Virus record (IMG/VR): IMGVR_UViG_3300045988_173145 | Source: a virus | DNA: 43,226 nt | Strand: one strand, 5' to 3' | In this document: positions 7,125 through 15,919 of the stretch, piece after piece | Numbering within the stretch: the stretch's first letter is position 1 | How the letters are laid out: every line of letters starts with the position of its first letter | Position numbers and translations under genes: made by a program | The notes under the pieces: generated by a model | Seen by the model: only the letters and a program-made list of their open reading frames with translations | Told to the model about the DNA's origin: nothing | The model's database searches: none

Positions 7125-8057
7125 ATGGCCGTGTTTGATTCAGGCAAGGCGAAGGTCCTCATGCCTCGGCAGATCGCCGACGGGATCATTACTCGCACCC
7201 AGACCCTTTCCACCGTCGCCAAGCTCAACGGCGGAATCCCCATGACCTTCGGCGACGTGGACATTATCACTTTCGATAATTTCCCGCGCGCCGAGTTCGT
7301 CGACGAGGGCGCCGAAAAGGCACCCACCTACGGTGAGTTCGGTTACGTGACCGCTAAGCCGCACAAGGCGCAGGTCACGATGCGTTTCAACGAGGAGGTG
7401 CAGTGGGCGGACGAGGACTATCAGCTTGACGTCCTCAACCAGCTCGCGCAGAAGGGCAGTGAGGCGCTTTCCCGGGCCCTCGACCTCGGCCTTTACCACC
7501 GTGTTAACCCTCTGACCGGTGCTGTTATTGACGCGTGGACCAACTACCTGACCTCCACCACCAAGAATGTTGAGGTCGGCACTACGGAGATGGACCAGGC
7601 GATCCGTCAGGCCGCCGGGCTGCTCATTAACGACAATGCCGCGCCTATTACGCCGACCGGTCTTGCGCTTGCGCCGTCCGCGGTTTGGGCGCTCGGTAGC
7701 CTCCAGACCAAGAATGCCGACGGGTCGCCGTCGGGCACGCCGCGTTACCCGCAGATCGGCCTCGGTGTCGACATTGACAACTTCATGGGGCTCCCGGCCG
7801 CTGCCGGAAACACCGTTGCCGGCAAGCCCGAGGCGACCGCCGCCACCAATGTCGAGGGCATTGTCGGTGATTTCGTCGACGGTATTCGGTGGGGAATTCA
7901 GCGTTCTCTGCCGCTCGAGATTATCCGTTTCGGTGACCCGGACGGCCAGGGTGATCTGAAGCGTCGGAACCAGATTGCTCTGCGTCTCGAGATTCTGTAC
8001 GCCTGGTATGTTTTCCCGGATAAGTTCGCGACGATTAAGACCAAGGCTGGCGCCTGA
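7125..8057 (+). CDS. Major capsid protein (HK97-fold type)
   Basis: 310 aa after the scaffold. Composition and position are typical of a major capsid protein. A long antisense shadow ORF is typical of strongly coding GC-rich genes. Confidence 0.8.
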   Translation: MAVFDSGKAKVLMPRQIADGIITRTQTLSTVAKLNGGIPMTFGDVDIITFDNFPRAEFVDEGAEKAPTYGEFGYVTAKPHKAQVTMRFNEEVQWADEDYQLDVLNQLAQKGSEALSRALDLGLYHRVNPLTGAVIDAWTNYLTSTTKNVEVGTTEMDQAIRQAAGLLINDNAAPITPTGLALAPSAVWALGSLQTKNADGSPSGTPRYPQIGLGVDIDNFMGLPAAAGNTVAGKPEATAATNVEGIVGDFVDGIRWGIQRSLPLEIIRFGDPDGQGDLKRRNQIALRLEILYAWYVFPDKFATIKTKAGA

Positions 8058-8126
8058 TAAAATCGCCGTAAACAAAACAAAACACAACCCATCCAAACAA
8101 AATTTTTCCCAGGGGCGATTCCGGAA

Positions 8127-8339
8127 ATGCGATCCTACAAGCACCGAGACCACGACATTGTGATCCATCTCGCAGACGACCACAATGTGGCGCTCGGAGA
8201 CGAATACACCGAAATCGTCCCTGGGAATGATGACGCCGGCGGGGCAGGCGAGCCCGCCTCCTCTTCCTCCCCTCGCACTGCCCCGCCAGCACCTGCCCCT
8301 CGTCGGGGACGAGGCCGCCCTAGAAAGATGGCAAAGTGA
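8127..8339 (+). CDS. Small head-module protein with a C-terminal AT-hook-like motif
   Basis: 70 aa with an acidic N-half, a P/A/S linker and C-terminal PRRGRGRPRKM. The stop overlaps the next start (GTGA at 8336). Confidence 0.55.
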   Translation: MRSYKHRDHDIVIHLADDHNVALGDEYTEIVPGNDDAGGAGEPASSSSPRTAPPAPAPRRGRGRPRKMAK

Positions 8340-8821
8340 TCCCCGACGACATTATTCCGTTCGCCACGGTCGAGGACCTAGAGGCGCGGTGGCGGGCACT
8401 CTCGGACAATGAGCGCATTCGCGCCGACGTACTCCTCGCCGACGCGACCGACCTTATTGTGTCGAAATGCCCCCGGTGGGAATCCGCCACGCCCCGCACA
8501 CGGAAGCGTGTAGCATGCGCCGTGGTGCGTCGCGCAATGCAAGGCGGAGACGCTATCGGCGGCGTCACAGACAGTGGCGGCGGAATCTACTCCGAACCCC
8601 ACGGAATTATCGCGTCGGAATCACACACAACAGGGCCGTTCAGTGACCAGTTTACGTATCAGAATCCTGAAGGCGGCCTCTACCTGAAACGCGAGGAAAA
8701 GGATGCTCTCGGTGGCTCTGGCGGCGCGTTCGAGGTAGACCTCCTGCGGGATTATGATGTGCGATTCGCCACCGATCAGCTGATCGAAGACATTAATGCG
8801 ATCAGCGGGCAGGAGCCGTAA
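8336..8821 (+). CDS. Head-tail connector (gp6-like adaptor)
   Basis: The N-terminus DDIIPFATVEDLEARWRALSDNERIRADVLLADATDLI resembles phage gp6-like head-tail connector proteins. Supported by synteny. Confidence 0.65.
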   Translation: MIPDDIIPFATVEDLEARWRALSDNERIRADVLLADATDLIVSKCPRWESATPRTRKRVACAVVRRAMQGGDAIGGVTDSGGGIYSEPHGIIASESHTTGPFSDQFTYQNPEGGLYLKREEKDALGGSGGAFEVDLLRDYDVRFATDQLIEDINAISGQEP

Positions 8822-9150
8822 TGCTTTCAGGATACGTGCCTGTCATACGGCGTAGGAGAGGCCCGGCGTCGAAAGACCAGTACGGGAATCCAGTGCCGGG
8901 GCAGTGGGAGAATGTTGCTTTGCCGCCCGCGGTGTTTGCGCCGGCCACGTCTACTGAGCCGATCAGTGCTGGGGCGATGCCTGTCACCGTACCAGCCGCC
9001 CTTTATTGGCGGAATACCACAATCGACGTGACCGCCGAGGATCATCTTATTGTAGACGGCATAGAATACCGTGTCGAGGGCCGCCCCTCCCCCTACCCTA
9101 AGGGGATGGTTGCGCAGATTCGCGCCAACGAAGACAAGGTGAGCGAATAA
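8821..9150 (+). CDS. Head closure / head-tail joining protein
   Basis: 109 aa, coupled start (TAATG), position between the adaptor and the tail genes. Confidence 0.55.
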   Translation: MLSGYVPVIRRRRGPASKDQYGNPVPGQWENVALPPAVFAPATSTEPISAGAMPVTVPAALYWRNTTIDVTAEDHLIVDGIEYRVEGRPSPYPKGMVAQIRANEDKVSE

Positions 9151-9404
9151 TGCCGAAAGTAAAATTTCAGCTCAACAGGGACGGTGTCGCCGATCTTCTG
9201 CGCGGTCCCGACGTGGCCCGGACGGTCGCATTGGAGACGGGGCGTGTAGCCAATGCTGCCGGGCGGGGGTTCGAGGGTGAGACGACGCATGGAAATCGTA
9301 CTCGCGGATATGTTAGGGCGCGCACCGTCGCTGCAATGCGCAAACAGATGAGGGAGCACACGTTGGAGCGTGCGATCGGCCTCACAATGGGTGGCGGGAA
9401 ATGA
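9150..9404 (+). CDS. Neck protein (HK97 gp10-like position)
   Basis: 84 aa with overlapping start and stop codons on both sides. Call is from synteny. Confidence 0.5.
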   Translation: MPKVKFQLNRDGVADLLRGPDVARTVALETGRVANAAGRGFEGETTHGNRTRGYVRARTVAAMRKQMREHTLERAIGLTMGGGK

Positions 9405-9790
9405 CACCAACATACGATCGTGCCCCCACGGTGCCGGACATAAAAAAGAGGCTCATGGACTTCCTGTCCACGCACATGGGCGTGCCGGTCGTGGCCCGTC
9501 GCCCCGAGAGTCCGGACCGTCCCGCCACGTTCATTCGAGTCATCTCCACTGGCGGTACTGGGGTCACGCAGAAAGCGCTCTGCACCGCGTTGGAGACGAT
9601 CGACGCCTATGCGCAGTCGTCGGGTGAGGCGATGAAAATTGCGTGCGAGGCCGTGAATGCGGCGCACACTATGCCGAACTATCAGGATGGTATAGTGATG
9701 GTACAATCATCCTATCCGATAGAAATGCCCGATCCGGACACGTCTCAGGCGAGGGCGACTGCAACATTAACAATTACAGCACACAGGTGA
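9401..9790 (+). CDS. Tail terminator-position protein
   Basis: 129 aa with an ATGA overlap, immediately upstream of the major tail gene. Confidence 0.5.
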   Translation: MTPTYDRAPTVPDIKKRLMDFLSTHMGVPVVARRPESPDRPATFIRVISTGGTGVTQKALCTALETIDAYAQSSGEAMKIACEAVNAAHTMPNYQDGIVMVQSSYPIEMPDPDTSQARATATLTITAHR

Positions 9791-9797
9791 ACAAATA

Positions 9798-10382
9798 ATG
9801 GCTGTTAACGCTGACAATGCACTCATTTTCTCGTCCGACAATGACGCGCTCTGGCTGGGCGACTACGTCGAAAAGTTCGGCGAGAAGGTCACGTCGCTCA
9901 CCCAGGACCTCTCCGGCGTGACCGGTCTCACCAACGTTGGGTGGATTAGCGAGGACGGGTTCAAACTCACCTCCGACGACTCCGTCACCAAGATCAAGGG
10001 ACACCAGGGTCACGGCGTCGTCAAAACATTCCTCGACTCCTCCGAGACGACTTTCAGCGCCACTCTTCTGGAGACCATGCTCGCCCCGCTCTCCTGGTAT
10101 TTGGACGCTACCAGTGAGAAGGTTGAGGATGGTGGCGCTACCAAGGGTGTGAAGATTACCGCCAAGTCCTCCCGCAAGGTCAAGCTTCTCTGCGGTGTCG
10201 CCGATTTTTTCGACGTTTCTGGTGTGGGCGCGCAGATTCGTATTGTTTTCCCGCGTCTGGAGCTCGGTGAGCGCGGCGAGATCACTTTCCAGCAGGCCGA
10301 GATCACCGGATACGAGTACAACCTCTCCGTGCTGGGCGACTACATTATCTACTCCGACCACAAGGCCCTGCTCCCTGCCTGA
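9798..10382 (+). CDS. Major tail protein
   Basis: 194 aa, upstream of the chaperone pair and the tape measure, followed by a strong hairpin. Confidence 0.7.
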   Translation: MAVNADNALIFSSDNDALWLGDYVEKFGEKVTSLTQDLSGVTGLTNVGWISEDGFKLTSDDSVTKIKGHQGHGVVKTFLDSSETTFSATLLETMLAPLSWYLDATSEKVEDGGATKGVKITAKSSRKVKLLCGVADFFDVSGVGAQIRIVFPRLELGERGEITFQQAEITGYEYNLSVLGDYIIYSDHKALLPA

Positions 10383-10390
10383 CAACAATT

Positions 10391-10441
10391 CTTCCCCGCT
10401 ATTTCGTGTTTCGGATGGGTTGTCGCGGAATAGCGGGGAAG
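10391..10441 (+). terminator. GC-rich hairpin after the major tail gene
   Basis: cttccccgctatt (10391-10403) pairs with aatagcggggaag (10429-10441), a 13-bp stem with no U-tract. Confidence 0.55.
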
Positions 10442-10498
10442 ATCCAAAACAAACACAACCCACCCACTTTATAAAACAAATTTTGAGGACAACCCATT

Positions 10499-10825
10499 AT
10501 GTCTGACAAGACCGCGAAGAGCAAGGCAAAGGCCGCCGGAGCCAAGGTTCCGGCTGACAGGTTGGCCAAGGCTGAGGCCACGCGTGATCCGATTCACGTG
10601 GACTATGAGGGAATCGAGTTCGACATTCCTCCGGAGGCATTGGAGGACTTCCGAGCATTCGAGGCCCTCGACGCCGGTAATCCGTTCCCGCTTTTCCGCC
10701 TTATCGTAGGCGACCACAAGGACGAGGTTTACGCTGCGTTGGAGGATGAGAATGGTCGTGTTCCGATTGACTCGGTGACCGACTTTATGCAGTCAATCGT
10801 GTCCGAGGTGGGCGCGGGAAACTGA
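10499..10825 (+). CDS. Tail assembly chaperone (G-like, zero-frame product)
   Basis: 108 aa, acidic, between the major tail and tape measure genes. It ends just after the slippery heptamer. Confidence 0.8.
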   Translation: MSDKTAKSKAKAAGAKVPADRLAKAEATRDPIHVDYEGIEFDIPPEALEDFRAFEALDAGNPFPLFRLIVGDHKDEVYAALEDENGRVPIDSVTDFMQSIVSEVGAGN

Positions 10826-11220
10826 CGATTCTCCCACTACTACTCCGCGAGTATGGGTGGGAGATAGAAGCCGACCTGCAACGATACTACAACACAGATC
10901 TCCTCGATCTATATCGAGGCAAAATAACCCCGCGGCGGGTGATGGCACTCATCGGCGGCCTCCCGCCGGGGTCAACATTCGATAGGGCGCGCGGCGGAGG
11001 CAGGTACTGGTCCGATGAAGTGGCCGCCACAATAATGTCAGCACACAATATCCAGACCACATTGCTTGCCGTCAATGGGGTTAAGAAAGATAAGTGGCCC
11101 GAGACGCCGAAACCTCCGGCCGAAGGATACCGGGAAACCGGCAACACCAGAGTGTCGAGCAAGCACGCTAAGGCGCAAAAAGCTAAGGGTGAGAAATGGC
11201 TTGCCCGATACGGCAACTGA
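10499..11220 (+). CDS. Tail assembly chaperone fusion (GT-like) made by a -1 frameshift at 10816-10822
   Basis: The -1 frame is open from 10771 to 11220 and overlaps the end of the G ORF. G_GGA_AAC is in the correct X_XXY_YYZ phase. Confidence 0.75.
10816..10822 (+). promoter_or_regulatory. Programmed -1 ribosomal frameshift slippery heptamer GGGAAAC
   Basis: Zero-frame codons are GCG GGA AAC TGA. Slippage gives GGG AAA CTG in the frame that continues to 11220. Confidence 0.75.
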
Positions 11221-11243
11221 CCCGCATTTCTATCGGATAGTGT

Positions 11244-11300
11244 AAAATGGTTCACGCCAAGACAAACACGAAAAACGGTTTGATTGGCGTGAACCATTTT
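11244..11300 (+). terminator. 17-bp perfect hairpin between the chaperone and tape measure genes
   Basis: aaaatggttcacgccaa (11244-11260) pairs with ttggcgtgaaccatttt (11284-11300). The loop is 23 nt and the 3' arm ends in TTTT. Confidence 0.55.
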
Positions 11301-11328
11301 CGCTACACATGATTTCGGAGAGGTATCA

Positions 11329-14300
11329 ATGGCCGGATATGATCTCGGGACCGCATGGATTCAGATCAGCCCGTCCGTGCGGGGCCTCGCCCGAAGTATC
11401 AATAGCGAAATCGGTAACGTCGACACCGGGCCGGCCGAAAGAAAGATCACATCCGGGCTTGGCGGTGCGTTCAAGTCGGTGGCGAAAGTTGCTGGCGCTG
11501 CGCTCGGAGGACTCGCAATCGGCGGCATTGCGGTCGCGTTCGGTGGCGTCGCAAAAGAGGCGTTCAATGCGGCCGACGCCACGATCAAATTCAAGCAAAC
11601 GCTCGCATTCGCCGGTAAAAGTGCGGACGAAATTAACGCGCTCACAAAAAGCACACGTTCCTACGCGGACCGCACAATCTACGAGCTCGACGATATCCAG
11701 TCAATTACCGCGCAGCTCGCATCCAACGGTGTAAAAGGCTACGATAAGCTCGCCGAGGCCGCCGGTAACCTGAACGCTGTTGCTGGCGGAAACGCGCAAA
11801 CATTCAAAACTGTCGGCCTCGTCATGACACAGACCGCGGGCGCCGGAAAACTCACCACCGAGAACTGGAATCAGCTTTCCGACGCCATTCCCGGCGCATC
11901 CGGTAAATTGCAGGAAGCCATGAAAAAGAATGGTGCCTACACCGGCAATTTCCGGGAAGCAATGGAAAAGGGTGAAATCACCGCCGAGGAATTCAATCAA
12001 GCAATCCTCGACCTCGGTATGGAGGACGTGGCTATTGAGGCCGCTACATCCACCAAAACCTTGGAGGGGGCTTGGGGGAATTTCAAGGCCACCCTTGTGA
12101 CCGGGGCGCAGGAAATCGCCGAAAAAGCACTCCCGTGGATCACTGCGTCCCTTGACGCTATGAGCAAGGGGTTTGAAAAAGTATTCAACTGGGTGAGCAA
12201 TTCATTCATCCCCAGTATTACGAATGCTTTCAACGTTATCCGCAAGGGTGACTTCACGGGCCCTATCTTCTCGTTCGAAGAAGACTCGAGCTTCGTTGAT
12301 TTCCTTTTCCGCATGCGTGACGCTGCCGCCGCCGCGGGGGAATGGATCAACAAAACACTCGTACCCTCGTTGAAGAATCTTAAAGACTTGCTTCTGTCTG
12401 GTGATTTCACGGGGACGATTTTCGGATTCGACAAAGACTCCGGAATCATCTCATATATCACCAACGTGCGCAACAGCTTCGTCGAGCTCGGCAAATTCAT
12501 TGTCGGAACACTCGTCCCCGGCATTGCTACCGCTCTCAGCACCATCGCGAACAGCAGCCTCGTCCAATTCATGGAGAATCTCACCGTCGCTATTCTCAAC
12601 AGCAAAGTGGCAGTTTACAGTATTGCGGCAGCGTTTACGGCATGGAAAGCCGTCATGGTCATGTCCTCAATGCAGCAATGGCTAAATGACATGGAAGGCG
12701 TAGCCGGCGTCGCCGGGCGTGTCACCACAGCCATTAACGCAATGACCGTGGCGAAGATCAAAGACACGGTTGAGACTGCGCAGCTCAACCTCATGTACGC
12801 CGGCGAATTCCTGTCAAATATCGCGCGCGCAACGACACAGATTACAATGCAGGCGGTTGCTTGGGGTAGGGCCACAGCAATGATGGTCCTCCACAAAACT
12901 GCAACAATCGCCTCGACCGCGGCGCAGTGGGCATTCAACGCCGCCATGGACGCCAACCCTATCGGCCTTGTTGTAATCGCTATCGCAGCATTGGTTGCGG
13001 CCATTATTGTTGCATGGCAGAACTCCGAAACATTCCGCAACGTCGTCATTTCATGTTGGGAAGCAATCAAAATGGCCGCCGGCGCCGTGGCCGATTGGTT
13101 CGCCGCTAACGTATGGCCCCTAATGCAAGTCGCCTGGGACGGAATCGTGGCAGGCGCCCAATGGATGTGGGGCGTCATGGTATCCGTCTGGCAAGGAATG
13201 CAACCTGTCATTCAAACGGTCATTGATTGGATCGTCGGCACCGCTTGGCCCGCGCTTCAGGCGGCATGGGACGGGATCGTCGCCGGCGCCCAATGGGTAT
13301 GGAACGGTATTGTCAGCGTGTGGCAGGGAATACAGCCTGTCATTCAAGCCGTCGTTGATTGGATTGTAAATACTGCGTGGCCTAACCTTCAGGCCGCCTG
13401 GGACGGCATTTCTGCGGGCGCAATGATCGTCTGGAATGGTATGGTCGCAGCCTGGCAAGGGATCAGTGACATAATCCGGCCCGTCGTCGACTGGATTGTT
13501 AACGTTGTCGCCTTGTATCTCACCACGGCATGGGATGCTATCAGTTGGGGTGTGAGTGCGCTCTGGTCTACGATTCAGTGGGCGTGGGACGCCATTTGGG
13601 CGGCAATCATGCCCGTCGCCACACAAATCTACAACGACATTTGGCCCATGGTAGTCGGCGCCTTTAACGCGATTAAAGACACCGCCTCCATGATGTGGGC
13701 CGATATTCAGATTGCATGGACCGCGATTCAAACCGCTATTCAGCCCGTTGCAGATTGGATTTACAATACAGTTTGGCCTTGGGTCGTTGGCGCGTTTAAT
13801 GCGATTAAGGATACGGCCGCTAACATGTGGTCTAATATTCAGGTCGCGTGGGCCGCGATTCAGGCTGCTATGCAGCCGGTAGTCGAGTGGATTTACTACA
13901 CGGCGTGGCCCTGGGTCGTCGACGCGTTTAACACGATCAAGGATGCTGCGTCTAATCTTTGGGGTACGGTTCAGGCTGCGTGGACTTCTATTCAGGCTGC
14001 TATGCAGCCCGTGGTCGAATGGATCTACTACACGGCGTGGCCCTGGGTGGTCGACACATTCAATACGATAAAAGACACCGCATCGTCCCTTTGGGGCACC
14101 ATATCAGCGGCATGGAACGGCATTTGGGCCACAATTCAGCCCGTCGTTGATTGGATCTACAATATTGCATGGCCCTGGGTCGTAGGCGCATTCAACGCCA
14201 TTAAAGACACGGCCTCCATAATGTGGGGCTCCCTATCGGCGACATGGAATGGTATTTGGGCCGTTATGCAGCCTGTGGTGAATTGGATTCAAACCTACGC

Positions 14301-15891
14301 TGCACCCGTTATTAGTGTGGCCTGGGAAATAATCTCTACGGGTGCGAAAATTCTGGGTGGAATCATTGCGTTCGTGTTCGCGTCCATTATTGCTGCGGTC
14401 ACTATGGGAGTCGCCGTAATTCAAGGTGCGGCCACCACGATCAGTGCCGCCTGGAATACTGTTGTTTCGTGGACCAGTTGGCTGAAAAACATGGTCGTCT
14501 CCGCGTGGAACATTCTAAAAGGCGAAATCCAAATCGTTAAAGATTGGATTGCCAACACGCTCGTCCCCGCAATTACAAGCGCCTGGGACAGGGTCGTGGC
14601 CGCCGCCAACACAATGAAAGACGGTGTTAGGACGGCGTGGGACAAAATCAAGGAAGCCGCCGCCAAACCCGTTAACTTCGTTATCGGCACAGTCTACAAC
14701 AATGGGCTGCGGAAGCTCGTTAACGGGATGATGGAGAAGCTCTCTCTTGATCTTCGTCTTCCTGAGGCTCCCACGATTGGCGGGTACGCGTCAGGTGGTG
14801 TTCTGCCCGGATACTCTCCGGGCCGCGACATTTATCATTTCGTATCACCCGATGGTGGCGGCAGGCTCGCGCTTTCCGGCGGAGAAGCAATCATGCGGCC
14901 CGAATGGGTGAAGGCGGTCGGCGGCCCGGCAATGGTGAATGCAATGAACCGTGCCGCCGCGCACGGGGACCGCATTCCTGGCGGTGATGCGGGGTATGCC
15001 GCATTCGCTCCCGGCGGTATTTGGGACCCGGTCAAATCAACGGTAGAAAAGGGCGCGTCCGCTGCCCTTAATTGGATCACCGGCGCTGCCGACGCGGTAT
15101 CCTCGATATTCTCCGACCCGATCGGAGCCGTCGAGACTGTCATCAAAGCTCCGGTTCACAAGCTTCTCGATTCGTGGGGCGGCGACGGGGCGAAGCCATT
15201 CTTTGACGCCGGAAAGGCGAGCGTGGACAAAACCATTGACGCGCTCGGCGACTGGATTAAAGATCACATGCCAGTGGTCAGCGGTTTCGGTGGCGGAATC
15301 GGTGCTATTGGTGCCGCTGCCGGCGACCTCGTGAATACTGCGCGACGGGCTATTGGTACACCGTATGTTTGGGGCGGCGTCTCCCCAGGGGGGGGCCTCG
15401 ACTGTTCTGGTCTTGTTTATTGGGCGCTCAACGCGATGGGCATTCATGTGCCGCGTCTCACGGCGGCGGGATATCAGGCAATGTCATCCCCCGGCAATCC
15501 CATGGTTCCCGGGACGCTTCTCTTCTGGGGGTACCCGGCCCACCACGTTGCTATCGCCTCCGGCAACGGCATGATGGTCGAAGCGCCGACTTTCGGTATC
15601 CCAGTTCGTGAGGTCCCGATCTATGGTGGACCGTCCGCGGGTAATCTCCGCTACGATAATGGCGGATTCCTGCAGCCCGGTCTTTCAACAATCGAGAACA
15701 AAACTGGTCGTCCGGAGCCCGTTTTCACGTCAGCCCAGTGGGAGAAAATGGATAAGCTGATCAGCCTCCTGGAGAATCGCGCTCTCGGCCCCGACGTACT
15801 CGAAATTCGGGACGTGGACAATGATCTTGTGGGTCGCATGCAAGTAGAGGCGACGTCGGCCATAGTAGACTATGACCGAATGAACCGATAA
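11329..15891 (+). CDS. Tape measure protein with a C-terminal NlpC/P60 peptidase domain
   Basis: 1520 aa with TM-like and W-rich repeat segments. C-terminal GTPYVWGGVSPGGGLDCSGLVYWAL ... HHVAIASGNGMMVEAP is an NlpC/P60 Cys-His signature. Confidence 0.9.
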   Translation: MAGYDLGTAWIQISPSVRGLARSINSEIGNVDTGPAERKITSGLGGAFKSVAKVAGAALGGLAIGGIAVAFGGVAKEAFNAADATIKFKQTLAFAGKSADEINALTKSTRSYADRTIYELDDIQSITAQLASNGVKGYDKLAEAAGNLNAVAGGNAQTFKTVGLVMTQTAGAGKLTTENWNQLSDAIPGASGKLQEAMKKNGAYTGNFREAMEKGEITAEEFNQAILDLGMEDVAIEAATSTKTLEGAWGNFKATLVTGAQEIAEKALPWITASLDAMSKGFEKVFNWVSNSFIPSITNAFNVIRKGDFTGPIFSFEEDSSFVDFLFRMRDAAAAAGEWINKTLVPSLKNLKDLLLSGDFTGTIFGFDKDSGIISYITNVRNSFVELGKFIVGTLVPGIATALSTIANSSLVQFMENLTVAILNSKVAVYSIAAAFTAWKAVMVMSSMQQWLNDMEGVAGVAGRVTTAINAMTVAKIKDTVETAQLNLMYAGEFLSNIARATTQITMQAVAWGRATAMMVLHKTATIASTAAQWAFNAAMDANPIGLVVIAIAALVAAIIVAWQNSETFRNVVISCWEAIKMAAGAVADWFAANVWPLMQVAWDGIVAGAQWMWGVMVSVWQGMQPVIQTVIDWIVGTAWPALQAAWDGIVAGAQWVWNGIVSVWQGIQPVIQAVVDWIVNTAWPNLQAAWDGISAGAMIVWNGMVAAWQGISDIIRPVVDWIVNVVALYLTTAWDAISWGVSALWSTIQWAWDAIWAAIMPVATQIYNDIWPMVVGAFNAIKDTASMMWADIQIAWTAIQTAIQPVADWIYNTVWPWVVGAFNAIKDTAANMWSNIQVAWAAIQAAMQPVVEWIYYTAWPWVVDAFNTIKDAASNLWGTVQAAWTSIQAAMQPVVEWIYYTAWPWVVDTFNTIKDTASSLWGTISAAWNGIWATIQPVVDWIYNIAWPWVVGAFNAIKDTASIMWGSLSATWNGIWAVMQPVVNWIQTYAAPVISVAWEIISTGAKILGGIIAFVFASIIAAVTMGVAVIQGAATTISAAWNTVVSWTSWLKNMVVSAWNILKGEIQIVKDWIANTLVPAITSAWDRVVAAANTMKDGVRTAWDKIKEAAAKPVNFVIGTVYNNGLRKLVNGMMEKLSLDLRLPEAPTIGGYASGGVLPGYSPGRDIYHFVSPDGGGRLALSGGEAIMRPEWVKAVGGPAMVNAMNRAAAHGDRIPGGDAGYAAFAPGGIWDPVKSTVEKGASAALNWITGAADAVSSIFSDPIGAVETVIKAPVHKLLDSWGGDGAKPFFDAGKASVDKTIDALGDWIKDHMPVVSGFGGGIGAIGAAAGDLVNTARRAIGTPYVWGGVSPGGGLDCSGLVYWALNAMGIHVPRLTAAGYQAMSSPGNPMVPGTLLFWGYPAHHVAIASGNGMMVEAPTFGIPVREVPIYGGPSAGNLRYDNGGFLQPGLSTIENKTGRPEPVFTSAQWEKMDKLISLLENRALGPDVLEIRDVDNDLVGRMQVEATSAIVDYDRMNR
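13100..14300 (+). repeat. About nine tandem 132-bp (44-aa) W-rich repeats inside the tape measure gene
   Basis: Units such as WSNIQVAWAAIQAAMQPVVEWIYYTAWPWVVDAFNTIKDAASNL recur. For example, attcaggctgc at 13858 and 13990 is exactly 132 bp apart. Confidence 0.85.
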
Positions 15892-15919
15892 AACCATTAG
15901 TGACGGAAAGCATATAATA

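Noticed and set aside
7140-8183. 347-aa minus-strand ORF antisense to the major capsid gene. Similar shadow ORFs lie antisense to terL (2228..3040), the tape measure (12615..13211, 13120..13731) and others.
   Set aside because: These are typical antisense shadows of strongly coding GC-rich genes. They are R/G/L-rich, have no RBS and conflict with well-supported sense-strand genes.
10939-11220. Independent 93-aa gene starting at 10939.
   Set aside because: The frame is open from 10771, overlaps the end of the chaperone ORF in the -1 frame, and is reached through a canonical GGGAAAC slippery site. It is therefore the T part of a G/GT fusion.
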